Shown here one piece after another: positions 40,885 to 53,972 of a stretch of 64,000 nucleotides of DNA. The stretch spans positions 202,802,001-202,866,000 of the forward strand of contig OZ024743.1 in the NCBI GenBank assembly GCA_964016885.1, read 5' to 3'. The translations under genes and the position numbers were made by a program. This DNA comes from Eledone cirrhosa (lineage: Eukaryota). The stretch's first letter is position 1. Every line of letters begins with the position of its first letter. The notes beneath the pieces are model-generated. The model was given only the letters and a program-made list of their open reading frames with translations. It was not told where the DNA came from and did not search any database.

Positions 40885-41460
40885 ATACATTCAGATAAAT
40901 ACACATACTTTCTCACAAAAACATTCAAACATACACACATTTACACAAACACATAGATACAGTCATGCTAGCGTCCGGTGAATTGGAAACGGGAGGGTAA
41001 AACAAGTACAACGTTTTATTTATTTATTAACAAGACAGTTTAACTCTTTTTTTTTAAAAACTCATTTGTATAAAAATGTAATATAATCCTTACAGAACGA
41101 AAACACAAACAGATATAATATATATGCTGTAGCTTTCACCCTTACCGCTGCATCCAGGATGTGGGAAGAAGCAAGAGTCACTCACTGCGTCGTCCCATTC
41201 ACACAAATACACATACTTTCACACAAACACATACATACATTCACACAAACACATATTCACACATATACATGTACACAAACACACACATACAGTCATGAGA
41301 GCGTTCGGTGAATTGGAAATGGGGGGGGGGGGGTAAAAGTACAACTTTTTAAATTTATTTATTAACAACACAGTTTACCTCTTTTTTAAAAACTCATTTG
41401 TATAAAAATTTAGTATATTGATTACAGAACGAAAACACTAACAAATATAATATATGCAAA
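40885..41460. repeat. Local tandem duplication (~40885-41125 vs ~41200-41455) with a duplicated piece of the CRE fragment at 41139-41196
   Basis: Shared blocks acagtcatg..gcgt.cggtgaattggaaa..aaaactcatttgtataaaaat..ttacagaacgaaaacac. 41139-41196 matches 41885-41944. Confidence 0.8.
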
Positions 41461-41639
41461 GGAAAGGGAAAGGAAAAAAGAAAGAGAAAAAATACACAAG
41501 CACGTAATACCCACATCATATTCCACATAGAACAATATGCAGGCGAAAGAATATTAAAAACGAGACGCTACCAGAGCAAAAGATAGCAATATAGCGAGGA
41601 ACACTGGGAAACCTCTCTAATAACCTTTTAGGCAGGCCA

Positions 41640-42065
41640 GCACGCTTGCGGCGTTACCTGGGGTGATGGCGAGGCTGAGGTGCTGGAACAATCAAGTTCC
41701 CCCACGAGCATCACCAGTTACCTCTGTTTGGCGAGCCACCAGTGAAGATAAGAACCTCGCTGTCAGTAGCCCGACTCCTCTAAACGTCTCGAACGCCACA
41801 GGATGGATAATGAAGTTAGCTGACAGACACGCTATTTTGAGATTTTGTTCCGTTCAGCTGCGGATGCTGTTCCTAAGCTCTCGCCCTTACCGCTGCATCC
41901 AGGATGTGGGAAGAAGCAAAAGAGTCACTAACTGTGACGTCCCAGGTAAGGCACCTGCCTCTTGACCAGGAGCACAGAGTAAGACCGTCAAGTATTTTCC
42001 CATCAATTCTGGACAACCCAGACAGTTCCAAAACTGAGGGCATGTTTGCCCGTGCCAAAGCTCTT
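41640..42065 (-). mobile_element. CRE/SLACS-like non-LTR retrotransposon C-terminal RLE fragment
   Basis: LSRIDGKILDGLTLCSWSRGRCLTWDVTVSDS..PVAFETF..LFQHLSLAITPGNAASVL matches R.DG.RPDG.T..PW..G..L.WD.T and Q.LS.AI.RGNA. Confidence 0.8.
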
Positions 42066-42224
42066 GAGTGGTAATAGGTGCACGCGCAAGTTTGTCTGTT
42101 TTCTTAAATTAGAGACGTGTGTGTGTGTGTGTCACTGTTTTTAAGTTAGAGACATATATGTGTGTATCCCTTTCCTTCCTTTTACACACACATACATTCA
42201 CACAAACAACAAACACATTGTGTG

Positions 42225-42905
42225 ATGAACGGGTGGACAGAAATTCCTCAAATTTATATACATGTGAATGGAGTTCTACTGAAGCAGTTAGAGAAATTCA
42301 AGTATCTTGGAGCCGTGTTCATGAGTGATGGAATGCAGGAGGGTGAATTAAGTGCAAGAATTGCAAAAGCTGATGCAGTAATGCGCCAGCCTCAGCATTC
42401 AGCAATCAGAAGATGGAGTTATGTGTAAAAGCTAAACTCGCTGTCTACTGGTATTCCTGCCAACTCTTGCTGAGGATCGTGAATCGTGAGTAATGACCAA
42501 AAGAATACAATTGCAAATAAAAGCGGTAGAAATGGGATTCCTCCGAAGGGTCTTTGGAGTAACGTTGCTCGATAAAGTGCATAACTCAGAGACCAGATAG
42601 TCACACCTGGTAGAGCCGCTACTTCTCCGAATTGAGAGATCAAAGCTCCGATAATATGAGCATGTGGTTAGAATGTCTCAGTAAAGAAACGCTGGACACA
42701 TTTTAAGGCAAAACCAACCGCCAAGAGACCCAGAGGTAGACCCTGAGCAAGATAGTTGGATAACATCAATTAGCTTGGCTGGTCACGCTTTGGGATCGAG
42801 CTGCATCAGTTAGAGATGTTTGCTTCTGACAGACTCGCTGGAAGGAATGGTTGAAAAGGACTCTGCCCTCACAACCCTCTCAGAAATAAGTGGGCGAAGA
42901 AGATA
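42225..42905 (+). mobile_element. 3' fragment of a second RTE-like LINE, degraded
   Basis: VNGVLLKQLEKFKYLG..SARIAKA, VEMGFLRRVFGVTLLDKV, KRPRGRP. Confidence 0.8.
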
Positions 42906-43008
42906 TTGTCAATTTACTTTTCAGTTTACATATATATATTTGCGTATAATAGCAATATGCACACTACATATGCTAGCAGAAAACCGGCCTAGGGAGGTTT
43001 TTCTGCTA

Positions 43009-43043
<35 letters not shown>

Positions 43044-43446
43044 TATAAAGAAAGTGGGTAAGGAGAAATAATAAAAACAAACCTTATAAAATGTTATAAA
43101 ACCTTATAAAATAGGTTAAAGACTCTTAAAATTTGGAAAAAAGAGTTGCAATCCACCGCTATGAGGAGTTAGACACCATATCGCCTAGATTCCTTCCGTT
43201 ATCTGGAAGATATGGGGTTCTATTCCTCATAACCGATGGCAACTTCTCTGTCTTTTAAGGGTCTTCACTCAAAATCCATCTTTGTAGTATTTCTGCTTGA
43301 GCACATTCTTTATATTTATATATATATATATACATATATTCTAAACGCTCCAAAAGCCGAAAATTCGGCTTCATACATTGTTTGTATATGTATATATTTA
43401 TATATATATATGTATGTATCAGTATATATATATATATATATATATA

Positions 43447-43485
<39 letters not shown>

Positions 43486-43912
43486 GTGTATGTGTGTGTG
43501 TGTGTGTGCGTGTGTGTGCGCACGCGCGTGTGTGCGTATATGTGTGTGTGTGTGTCTCTGTGTACTGTTCATAAATTGAAATATTGAATGAAATAGATAA
43601 ATATAAATTGGTGTTATAACATTTGTAACTGGTGCATAAAGAAGATATACAGTCGTATCATTAAATAAATATTGTCTGTTGCTAGCTTTAGGCGTATCCT
43701 ATATATTGCTTAGATCTAATTGAGTTAAACTACGACTACAATGAAGTGTTATATTTGACAAATCTACAATACATTTGCTCACACACACAAACATACCCAC
43801 GCACGTACATACACGCGTCAAACACTCTCTCACACACTCACACACATATATATGTATAAGTGTGTCTGTGTGTAAGTACAAATACATACATATATATATA
43901 TAAATATACATA

Positions 43913-43964
<52 letters not shown>

Positions 43965-43965
<1 letters not shown>

Positions 43966-44199
43966 GGAATAGAATGAAACGAAATTTCATTTCTCACTCT
44001 TAGTCGGTACTTACTTAAATGTAGGTATGTATGTATACGTACATACATATATGTATACAGACGTACAGTAGCATGTATATATATACATACAGGCATACTT
44101 ACATATATATATATATACATGCTACTGTACGTCTGTATACATATATGTATGTACGTATACATACATACTTACATATACATACATATATATATACATACT

Positions 44200-44245
<46 letters not shown>

Positions 44246-44525
44246 AGTATGTATGTATACGTACATACATATATGTATACAGACGTACAGTAGCATGTAT
44301 ATATATACATACAGGCACACATATATATATGCACGTATCAGTTTACCGAACATTTATTATAATGCTCGGTTTGTTCGTTTGTAAACAAACAAACAGGAAC
44401 CGAGCATTATAATAAATGTTCGGTAAACTGATACGTGCATATATATATATGTATGCCTGTATGTATATATATACATGCTACTGTACGTCTGTATACATAT
44501 ATGTATGTACGTATACATACATACT

Positions 44526-44616
<91 letters not shown>

Positions 44617-44722
44617 AAGTATGTATATATATATGTATGTATATGTAAGTATGTATGTATACGTACATACGTATATGTATACAGACGTACAGTAGCATGT
44701 ATATATATACATACAGGCATAT
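43965..44722. repeat. Alternating-orientation array of family D pLTR 3' segments
   Basis: The block ATGTAAGTATGTATGTATACGTAC..CAGACGTACAGTAGCATG occurs at ~44019, ~44241 and ~44642, with its reverse complement at ~44118 and ~44475. Confidence 0.85.
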
Positions 44723-44759
44723 ATATAGAAGTGGTTACACAAAAGTTAGTGCACCATAC

Positions 44760-44797
44760 CGAGAACAATTGTTTCACCTTAGCGGATCCTCAGCTCG
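44760..44797 (-). ncRNA. Minimal type I hammerhead ribozyme
   Basis: CGAG-CUGAGGA-U-CC(GCUAA)GG-U-GAAA-CAAUUG-UU^CUCG. Stem III ACAAUUGU is palindromic. Confidence 0.75.
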
Positions 44798-44917
44798 TAA
44801 TGGACATGGTTACACCTAACTCGTCCCATGGACTGAGAGCTCTACCACTACCGATATTACCTTCGAGTGTTCTACCACTATATATATATTAATGTATATA
44901 TATATATATATATATAT

Positions 44918-44968
<51 letters not shown>

Positions 44969-45103
44969 TAATATATATATATATATTAATAATATATATA
45001 TATATATTAATATATATATATAGTGGTAGAACACTGGAAGGTAATATCGGTAGTGGTAGAGCACTCAGTCCATGGGACGAGTTAGGTATAGCCATGTCTA
45101 TTA

Positions 45104-45141
45104 CGAGCTGAGGATCCGCTAAGGTGAAACAATTGTACACG
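45104..45141 (+). ncRNA. Minimal type I hammerhead ribozyme
   Basis: CGAG-CUGAGGA-U-CC(GCUAA)GG-U-GAAA-CAAUUG-UA^CACG. One stem I mismatch. Confidence 0.7.
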
Positions 45142-45176
45142 GTATTCGTGCACTAACGTTTGTGTAACCACTTCTA

Positions 45177-45251
<75 letters not shown>

Positions 45252-45544
45252 AGCATTAAAGATGAAAAGTGCTCTCCACAAGGTGCATGCATGCACATAC
45301 AATTTCGCTGTCTGATTATATGTGTCTTCGGAAAAAAGCTTCGAGATATTCCCTTCTTTAGTGGTGTTGAGTGATGGAAGTGATTAACGCCAATAATCCA
45401 TGTAATGCAGGGATATCTTAAAGGCGTTCTTGTTAGAGTGGATGGGTCTATAAACTATTTCGTGAAAGCAACGAACATGTTCTGCCTCTATCAGAGCCCA
45501 TGGGTGAGAGAAAAACGTTACAAGTTGGCATAGTTTCATTGGTC

Positions 45545-45611
<67 letters not shown>

Positions 45612-45761
45612 TATCTGACCGGTAGTAGCATACTATAAACTTTAGCCACGTCACTCGAGGGCGACCGGCTGAGGTTGAAGGAATAGAATAGCGGTCGCCC
45701 TCCGGTCCTCGATTTTCAGCCCCATGGATTTTATCTATTACATTCACGTATTATATTTCGA

Positions 45762-45819
45762 ATACCTGATGATATCACCGGATTCATACGGAACCCGGAC
45801 ATTGAAATGATCATGGTAT
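45762..45819 (+). ncRNA. Degenerate hammerhead (N17=G) in a (TA)n-flanked element ~45607-45880
   Basis: AUAC-CUGAUGA-U..CCGG..CCGG..U-GAAA-UGAUCA-UG-GUAU. Stem III AUGAUCAU is palindromic. Partial copy at ~46316-46347. Confidence 0.55.
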
Positions 45820-45899
45820 AATTAACCTTTCAAGGATTTACACAAATCCAGCCTCCTGTCATTTCATTATAATATATACACAGTATGTATATATATATG

Positions 45900-46295
45900 G
45901 AAAAAATGAAACGAAATTTCATTTCTCACTCTTAGTACGGCTGTTACTTAAATATAAGTATGTATACGTACATACATATATGTATACAGACGTACAGTAG
46001 TATGTATATATATACATACATGCACATATATATATATATATATATGTACGTATGGATTTACCGAACATTTATTATAAGGCTCGGATTGTTTGTAAACAAA
46101 CATCCCGAATTAAGCAGTACAGTGTTTAGCAACCATCGTTGCCCTTTTGTTCAACACTGACAAATAAACGATGTACTAGTTTCAAGCTTATTAGCTATCG
46201 TCAGCACAGTATACCTTCCTGCCAGATGATTGAACGTCTGAAAGTATATACTTTCCTTATGTATATTAACTGCTGAGCAGCCTAATTTGCATATG
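45900..46295 (-). mobile_element. Family D pLTR with HHR at 46168-46210
   Basis: Homologous to 55625-56030. CUGACGA-UAGCU(AAUA)AGCUU-GAAA-CUAGUA^CAUCGU. Confidence 0.8.
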
Positions 46296-47714
46296 GTCAA
46301 TCTTAATGTAATAATATCGAATACCTGATGATATCACCGGATTCATAGGCAATGTTCTGTTTAAATAACGTGAAATGTTTGAAAGTCGTAAAAATAAATT
46401 ACAGATATTATTCTAATTTCCCCGTATTCTCCTTCATTAATCTTACGACTTTCAAACATTTCACGTTAACATTTCCTATATTTAAGATTTTTCTCTTCGC
46501 GATTACCTGCAATTAAGGGAGTTTAATGGTAGAATCCTTAAAGTGTTGAACAAAATGCTACGTAGCCTTCCTTCCGGCTCTATACGTACTGGTTTCAAAT
46601 TACCCCGTGCTTATCCTTTGTATTCATCCATCCGTGTACGATAAAATAATGTACCTATCAAATAATGGATCTGATGTTATCAATTTGTTTCTCCCCTAAA
46701 AATTGCTAGCCTTCTGCTTAAAATAGAAACCATTTTTTGTGAGATAACAGCATGTTCAAACTATCTCTGAGTTCAAATCCAATGAAGATCTATTTAACCT
46801 GTATTCTATCCGGGCTCGCTAAAATAACGTATCTGTCAAGTATTTCGTTTAATATAATCAACTAATCATTCCCACAATTTCCTGGCCTTTCATCAGCTCC
46901 ATGTTTTATTGCTGCTCTTAATGTGCTTATCGTAGTCGTCGTTGTTAATATGGTTGTTCAGTCCAGCCTATACTATATAGATACCAGACTTCAGAAATGA
47001 GGACGCAAAGATGAGTATCTAATTACCTTATGGCATTTTTCCCATTCTTTGCAGATTCTGCCAATCCAGTGCCCTAAGTTCACAAGAAAATCTTAATTAA
47101 CTGATATATATCCTTTTCTTCTACTTGTAATTTGGAATGATAATATTAATGAAGTAAGAACTGTATGGTGTAGAAGTTTCTATAATGCAACATTTCAAAC
47201 CAAACAGACAGACATTTGTCTTTATATTCTTATTGATATTGGATAATTTAGAGTGGGGAAAACTGCCAGTAGAAGTTCTGTATAATTTGTATCAGTCTAG
47301 TCACCTTCAGCCTTTAATGTTTACGATGAAATCATATATCTGGAGACTATTCAAAATATTACCTCTCATCTGAAATTTGATTGATTGCAAAACAAAACTT
47401 AAGAATATGAAAGAAGGAAGAAAAAAAAAGGTCAAAATAAAATATCAAAATAGAAATATCAATTTGTCATTGCGTTCACCTTTATTTGTGGTGAGCAATA
47501 AAGTGTTGATTGCAGGAGGTTGAAGCCGACTGGGTGAAACAAATAAATGTCATTGATGCTGTTCTATGTACAAGATGGTATATAGAAACAATCACAGATA
47601 TGTTGCGAAGTTCATCAAAAACAGGTTACACTGACTAAGAAACGATTGACAGGTCAGTGCCAGCGGCTTGTTTTAAAGCTCAGTTCAGGCAACATTGACT
47701 ACGAAACTATTGAA

Positions 47715-47855
47715 TTGGTAGAGTGGTTAGAACGTCGGATAGAATGCTTTGACTTCCGGCTCTCTGCTCTCTGGGTTCAAATCACATCGAGGTCAACTTT
47801 GCCTTTCATCCATTCGAGATCGATAAAAACAAAGTACCAGTCTGGTACTGGAGTC
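47715..47855 (+). mobile_element. Older tRNA-derived SINE copy (similar degraded copies ~46525-46735 and ~49205-49350)
   Basis: GGGTTCAAATC..GAGGTCAACTTTGCCTTTCATCCATTCGAGATCGATAAAA..AAGTACCAG. Confidence 0.7.
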
Positions 47856-48300
47856 TATTCTTACTTTATATCACTTTCTCGTTTCGTCTCTCTCACTTTC
47901 TATCTTTCTCTTGAAGAAATCTGCTATACTTAGGGTTGGATAGGGATGGTCTTCGTCAGGCTTAAAAGCCCAAGAAACGCCTTATCTCAACACCGTGCTT
48001 CTACTCTATCAGGAGTTACGTGACCATACCTACATACTGACTACTAGACTGCTGACTACTGGGGACAAGAGAGTTCTTTTTTTCTGTTTTCACTGCTCAG
48101 GTCAGGCGGGTTGCATTTTCATTTCAATCTCTGTGTCTATGTGCATCTGCAATGAATACGGTTTTCCCTGACATTTCCCTAGCATTTGTTTCTTTTTAAC
48201 CAGCAGAAGGGACCATTAGGTATTGTTTACATGACCATTCTGCCTCTGGGCTGTAGAATACTTTGTACTTACATATTAAATTATCACTTCACTTTTTCCG

Positions 48301-48352
<52 letters not shown>

Positions 48353-48356
<4 letters not shown>

Positions 48357-48560
48357 AAAATGTATGACCCCGACGGCAGAGCTCAAGCCGTTTCGACGGC
48401 TATTTCTGGGCGGCTATTTCAGTCCAGAAATAGCCGTCGAAACGGCTTGAGCTCTGCTGTCGGGGTCATACATATTCCTATTACCCACTCTACTGCCCTA
48501 AGTATTGAGTATTCTGGTGCGTTATGGTCCATCTGGTTCCTTACCACAGCTCCTTCGTTA
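48353..48560 (+). mobile_element. Short fold-back element, family B (opposite orientation)
   Basis: The short arm comes first and the long arm ends CCTTCGTTA then (TA)n. The loop region is partly duplicated. Confidence 0.9.
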
Positions 48561-48562
48561 TA

Positions 48563-48693
<131 letters not shown>

Positions 48694-48874
48694 TTAGAAC
48701 ACACATCACGGGCGCTCTATCTCAAAATTATTTTTGAAAAGCATTAGAAATGCGCAACCGGTAAAACTTAAAACCAAAACTGAATACTAACCAATGCTAT
48801 TACTAATTTTCACTTATTCCTAATTAAACTATTTTTCACTGTGAACAATTTGTCAGCATTTTCTTTTCCGTTTA

Positions 48875-48978
<104 letters not shown>

Positions 48979-49764
48979 TATCTATCTATCTATCTCACTG
49001 TACAATCCTCGTCGTTTCTGTCTCATATATAGTCTTCTATTTTTTCATTTAATGATTTTAGTCATTGGCTTATAGACAAGCCAATGCATAAAATTAATTA
49101 TTCAACTATTAATTTTATCGATCCCAATTCCTCAACCGACTACTATAGGAGATAAAGTGCCACCTATTAACCAACGGTATTTAACACAATTTCAAAATTA
49201 AAAAAGTGGCGAATTGACAGAATGTTTACGACCTTAAAAGGGATTATGGTATTCGTCCCGGCTCTCAGTGATATGTGTTCAAATCTTGACGAGGTCAACA
49301 TTGCATTTCACTATTTCAGATTCATAAATAAAGCACCGGTACTGGAGTCAATTCTTCCAATGACTCTTTTTTCCTAATTCTATCATTTGCTCTGTGTTCC
49401 CACATTCATAGGAATAAGTGATTCCAGTCAAATACGGCATTCCTATGATCCCATCGGGAATCTAGGACTCGTGCATACATGGAAATATAAACAGAAACAC
49501 AACCAAGAAACACTAAAGTACGCACAGGTACGCACAGAGATGTGTAGTAAACCTTCCATCCCAACTGCATACCTTTATATGTTGTTATGTGTCTGGAACC
49601 TGAGCTCACCCGACACATTGCAATTCATGAAAAACTAAAGAATACGTCTCGGTTACACAGCCTGCAGCCCTAATCTGAATCGTAAATCTTCTGATTAGAC
49701 GTTTAAAACCATTGTCGGTGATAGAGCCGTCTGTTTCTCCTTATAATTTTCATGTGCGTATATG

Positions 49765-49880
<116 letters not shown>

Positions 49881-49975
49881 ATATGTATGTAAAAGGTAAA
49901 CAGAAATAACAACACAATCGGTACAGTATATGGAAGGTATATATTAGGTTAACGCTTTATATAGCAGGAAGAGGG

Positions 49976-50009
49976 CTTAACGTTTCAGACGCTAGTCCTT
50001 CATCAGAAG
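49976..50009 (-). ncRNA. Minimal type I hammerhead in a PLE tail (~49880-50110)
   Basis: CUU-CUGAUGA-A-GGAC(UAGC)GUCU-GAAA-CG-UU^AAG. Stem III ACGU is palindromic. Confidence 0.7.
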
Positions 50010-50131
50010 AAAGAATGAGAAATAAAATAGATTGAGGGGACGGGCGGGATGCAATTTGGAAAAATGTCTTTACATAATAATAACAGGTCCATTCATGTTG
50101 ACATCTCTTGCAAAAATGCGTGTGTGTGTGC

Positions 50132-50179
<48 letters not shown>

Positions 50180-51423
50180 GCGTGTGTGTGTGTGTGTGCA
50201 TCATATATATATATATATGTGTGTGTGTGCGTGTGTAGGTGTATGTAGTGGTGGTGGTGTGGGGTGGGGGTTATATATACACACAAGCATGGAAGATGTA
50301 TTATTCCAACTGGTTATATTTAGCCGTAGTTTAACTCTGGCAGAACCATGACCAATGTCATTTCGCCGTCACTATCCTGTCTTCTTAAAGTAAGCGACAT
50401 TTAGACGTTTTGCTTCTGCTTTTCGAGGCATTGACCTGGAATTTGTACTACTATTCCAGCAGATTGAGTTACAAAGTAGTTTTGCTATTTGTTGATGCGG
50501 TTATTGTTGTCTCTGTCATCTTTGGTGATGTATTTATTGTTGTTGTCTTTCATGTGATCTTTATTGTTGCTGTCTTTGTTGCTGCCGTTGTTCTAGACGA
50601 TGTCTTTCTTGTTTTCGTTGTAGTAGTTATTTTTTTTCTTGTAGCTGTTTTTTATTTGTTGTTATTGTATCTATTGCTGTTGTTTTGTTTGGTTGTTTAT
50701 TTCTTCTTGCTGCTGTTGTTAACGTTATTTTTGTTTACATTGAGTTCCATGTGAGCTCTGAACAAACAGATACATGATCATAGTGCAATGTTTCGAGGAT
50801 TAAATTACCCAATGTGTTCTTCTTGTTTTAAGGCGTTGAGACAGAATTTGAGTGAGATTTCTCTGCTCTTTCTATCTTGTTAATCAATGATTTCGACCCT
50901 GTAACATATGATCGATTGTAATTGTTTTACTCTCACCCGAGGCCCACAGCTTCAGAAGGTCATACGAACTACAGTAATTGTACATGTAGTTAACATGGCA
51001 CAATGAGGTTTGGTACACACGTTTTCAAGATGGTGAAGTGGATCTCATCTACAAAAGTAAACAAGGAATAGCAGAAGAAATATGAAGAGATATTGGTTTG
51101 TCAGAGGATAATAGTTAAATAACGGATGTGATGTAATATGATTGACTGAATGAGTGCATGAGTGTTTGTAGAGTGGTAGGTGCAATGGAAGGATTTGAAG
51201 AAGTAGCGGTTGTAATGGAAATAAATGAGGTCGAGGTGTAGGGGAACAAACACAGAATGAATAAATACTACTACTTCTACTACAACTAATAATGAAGATG
51301 ATGAAAGTAGTGATAAATATATAGATATGTTATAAGGAAATGGAAATGTAACACAATACATATATATATATGTAAATATATGTGTGCGTATACATGTATA
51401 TATATATACATATATATATATAC

Positions 51424-51576
<153 letters not shown>

Positions 51577-51753
51577 TATATATTCATTTATACGGGATAA
51601 CAAATTATCGTTATACGTAATCCAGTTAGATGTTGTGAGTACTCTGTATTGTGGATAGTTTTAACGTACGACATTGTTTGACTCAACAACGGGTTTCCTT
51701 AGTTAGGTGGCGAGTTCACGGGAATTCCTATGCAGGTTAATCTTGGAGTAATA

Positions 51754-52966
51754 ATAGTGAAAGAGTAAAGAATAACATGGTCAACAGTACAAAAAGAATT
51801 ACGAAATTATCGGGAGCAAAGGCCTGCAGAAATGGAATGTCCCACTCCGGACTTTGCAATATGGATCTGTTCCATATTTCCAGTATGACAAAATGCTGCC
51901 TAACAGCAAAATAGAACAATCAATTTTCTGTAGGCACAAAGCAGCTACTAAATTCGCAAATTTCAAACCAACATGATTCGATCCAACAATCACATAATTC
52001 AAGCTGAACCACCCAGAGTCTATTATAATAACTACATACCAACCCACTATTATTAACTGTCAACAGACCAACTAATCACTACATTAACATCATAAATCTC
52101 CTAACCTTTCTTTCACTCTCTCTCCCTAAATACATTTCACCTCCTCCATTGTATCATATCCTGTATCTCTTAACCTCTAACCTAACTTCTAATTTATTAA
52201 TTTATATTTTATATTTTATTTATCATTATATTCTAAGGGCGGTGGATTGGCAGTCTCGGTAGAGGGTCGGACGCCATGCTTTCCAGCATAGTTACGTCCC
52301 TTTACGATCTGAGTTCAAATCCCGCCGAGGTTGACTTTGCCTTTCATCCTTACTGGGTCGATAAAATAAAGTACCAGTAATGCACTGCGTGATTGCTGGC
52401 CTTGTGCTAAAGTAGAAACAATTATATTCTTTTTTCCTACTCTAACTCTCTGTGATTTAACCAATACATATGAATATATTTAATATTTATTTTCATATTA
52501 ATAAAATTCCTACCCTTATTACATCTTTATACTTACACACCACTATAACTTTACCAACACCACCACCACCACTCCTATATTCAACAATCATATTATGTCC
52601 ATATATTTTTTCACGTATATATTCTTTTTTTACTTATTTTTTATCATCCTCATTCTAACTTCTTTATTAATACTTTTTCTTTTTCTTTTTCTTTTTCTTT
52701 TTCTTTTTCTTTTTCTTTTATTTTTATTTTTCTTCTTTATTATTGATGTCGTTATTTGTATTCTCCGTAGTACAAATACAAACACCGAGTGTAATTTTCT
52801 CAGTTATTCCCATGAATTGATTAGGCATACACTGTATTTAAGGTTGAGTGACACAACCTCGAGTGATTAGCAACCTTTAGACATCCTAATCAATGAAACA
52901 ATTGTTAATACTGTAAATAAAACCCTTTTTGTACTGTTGACCATGTTATTATTCACTCTTTCACTA
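51754..52966 (+). mobile_element. PLE 3' fragment (GIY-YIG C-terminus + 3'UTR/pLTR) with an inverted copy of its 3' terminus at the 5' end
   Basis: ~51815-51965 reads AKACRNGMSHSGLCNMDLFHI..CCL..FCRHK, like the C-terminus at ~7900-8050. 51754-51796 is the approximate reverse complement of 52925-52966. The same terminus occurs at ~56870-56910 and ~58875-58950. Confidence 0.6.
52238..52425 (+). mobile_element. Full-length tRNA-derived SINE with Nin/Deu-like central domain
   Basis: A-box-like TGGCAGTCTCGG, B box GAGTTCAAATCC, central GCCTTTCATCCTTACTGGGTCGATAAAATAAAGTACCAG, 3' TAGAAACAATTAT. Confidence 0.9.
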
Positions 52967-53026
52967 TATTTAATTATATATATATATATATGTATATATT
53001 TATATATATATACATAATATATTATG

Positions 53027-53079
<53 letters not shown>

Positions 53080-53092
53080 CATTAATATATAC

Positions 53093-53136
<44 letters not shown>

Positions 53137-53253
53137 ATATATACATACGTATATATGTGTTATATATATATATATATGTGTGTGTATGTGTGAGAGAGAG
53201 AGAGAAATATATATATATATATATATATATGTTTATATATATATATATATATT

Positions 53254-53338
<85 letters not shown>

Positions 53339-53652
53339 TGTATGTATATATGTGTTTGTGATGTGTGATTGTGTGTATGTAGATATATGTGTCTTGTGTG
53401 CTTGTATATTTGTAAGGATTGTAATAACGAAACAGAAATATGAAGATGATGATTATGATGATAATCATTTGATAATGTCATCACTGGGCGACAGCTACAG
53501 TGTTTTAGAAATAATATACAGACCACATCTCTTTAACCCTGCAGCAATAGACATTTATCAAAGCCAGACACAAATGACAAGAAAAAATAACAGCGAATTA
53601 AATCCAATACGTAATAATAATTCAACAAACAATGATGACTGTTATATCGAAC

Positions 53653-53653
<1 letters not shown>

Positions 53654-53693
<40 letters not shown>

Positions 53694-53789
53694 GAAGATG
53701 ATGGTCATGATGATGATGGTGGTCATGATGACGATGACGATGATGATGTAGACGATGATGACGATGGTGTCAATAATGTGCCGTTAGTA

Positions 53790-53868
<79 letters not shown>

Positions 53869-53972
53869 GAAGAAGAAGAAGAAGAAGAAGAAGAAGAAGA
53901 ACAACAACAACAACAACAAAACAAAAACAACAACAACAACAAAAATAATAATAACAACAACAACAACAACAA
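53654..53972. repeat. Compound trinucleotide microsatellite (GAT)n-(AAT)n-(AGA)n-(ACA)n
   Basis: Directly visible. Confidence 0.95.

Larger units (their letters stand above)
44727..45176. mobile_element. Head-to-head pair of ~155-bp HHR elements (44727-44880 -, 45021-45176 +) around a (TA)n spacer
   Basis: The arms are reverse complements with scattered substitutions. Each arm contains an HHR. Confidence 0.9.

Noticed and set aside
50410-50754. Hydrophobic 114-aa ORF resembling a membrane protein
   Set aside because: Degenerate (GTT)n/T-rich low-complexity sequence.
52238-52330. tRNA gene
   Set aside because: A/B-box-like motifs belong to a SINE head; no cloverleaf, and it continues into the SINE body in many copies.
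52850-52910. Hammerhead in the 52.9 kb pLTR (GAAA-CAAUUG-UU, stem UGAUUAG/CUAAUCA)
   Set aside because: The 3' half fits but the CUGANGA core is destroyed; not counted as an HHR.
53157-53948. 263-aa ORF with poly-D, I, R, T and Q tracts
   Set aside because: Compound microsatellite read-through.
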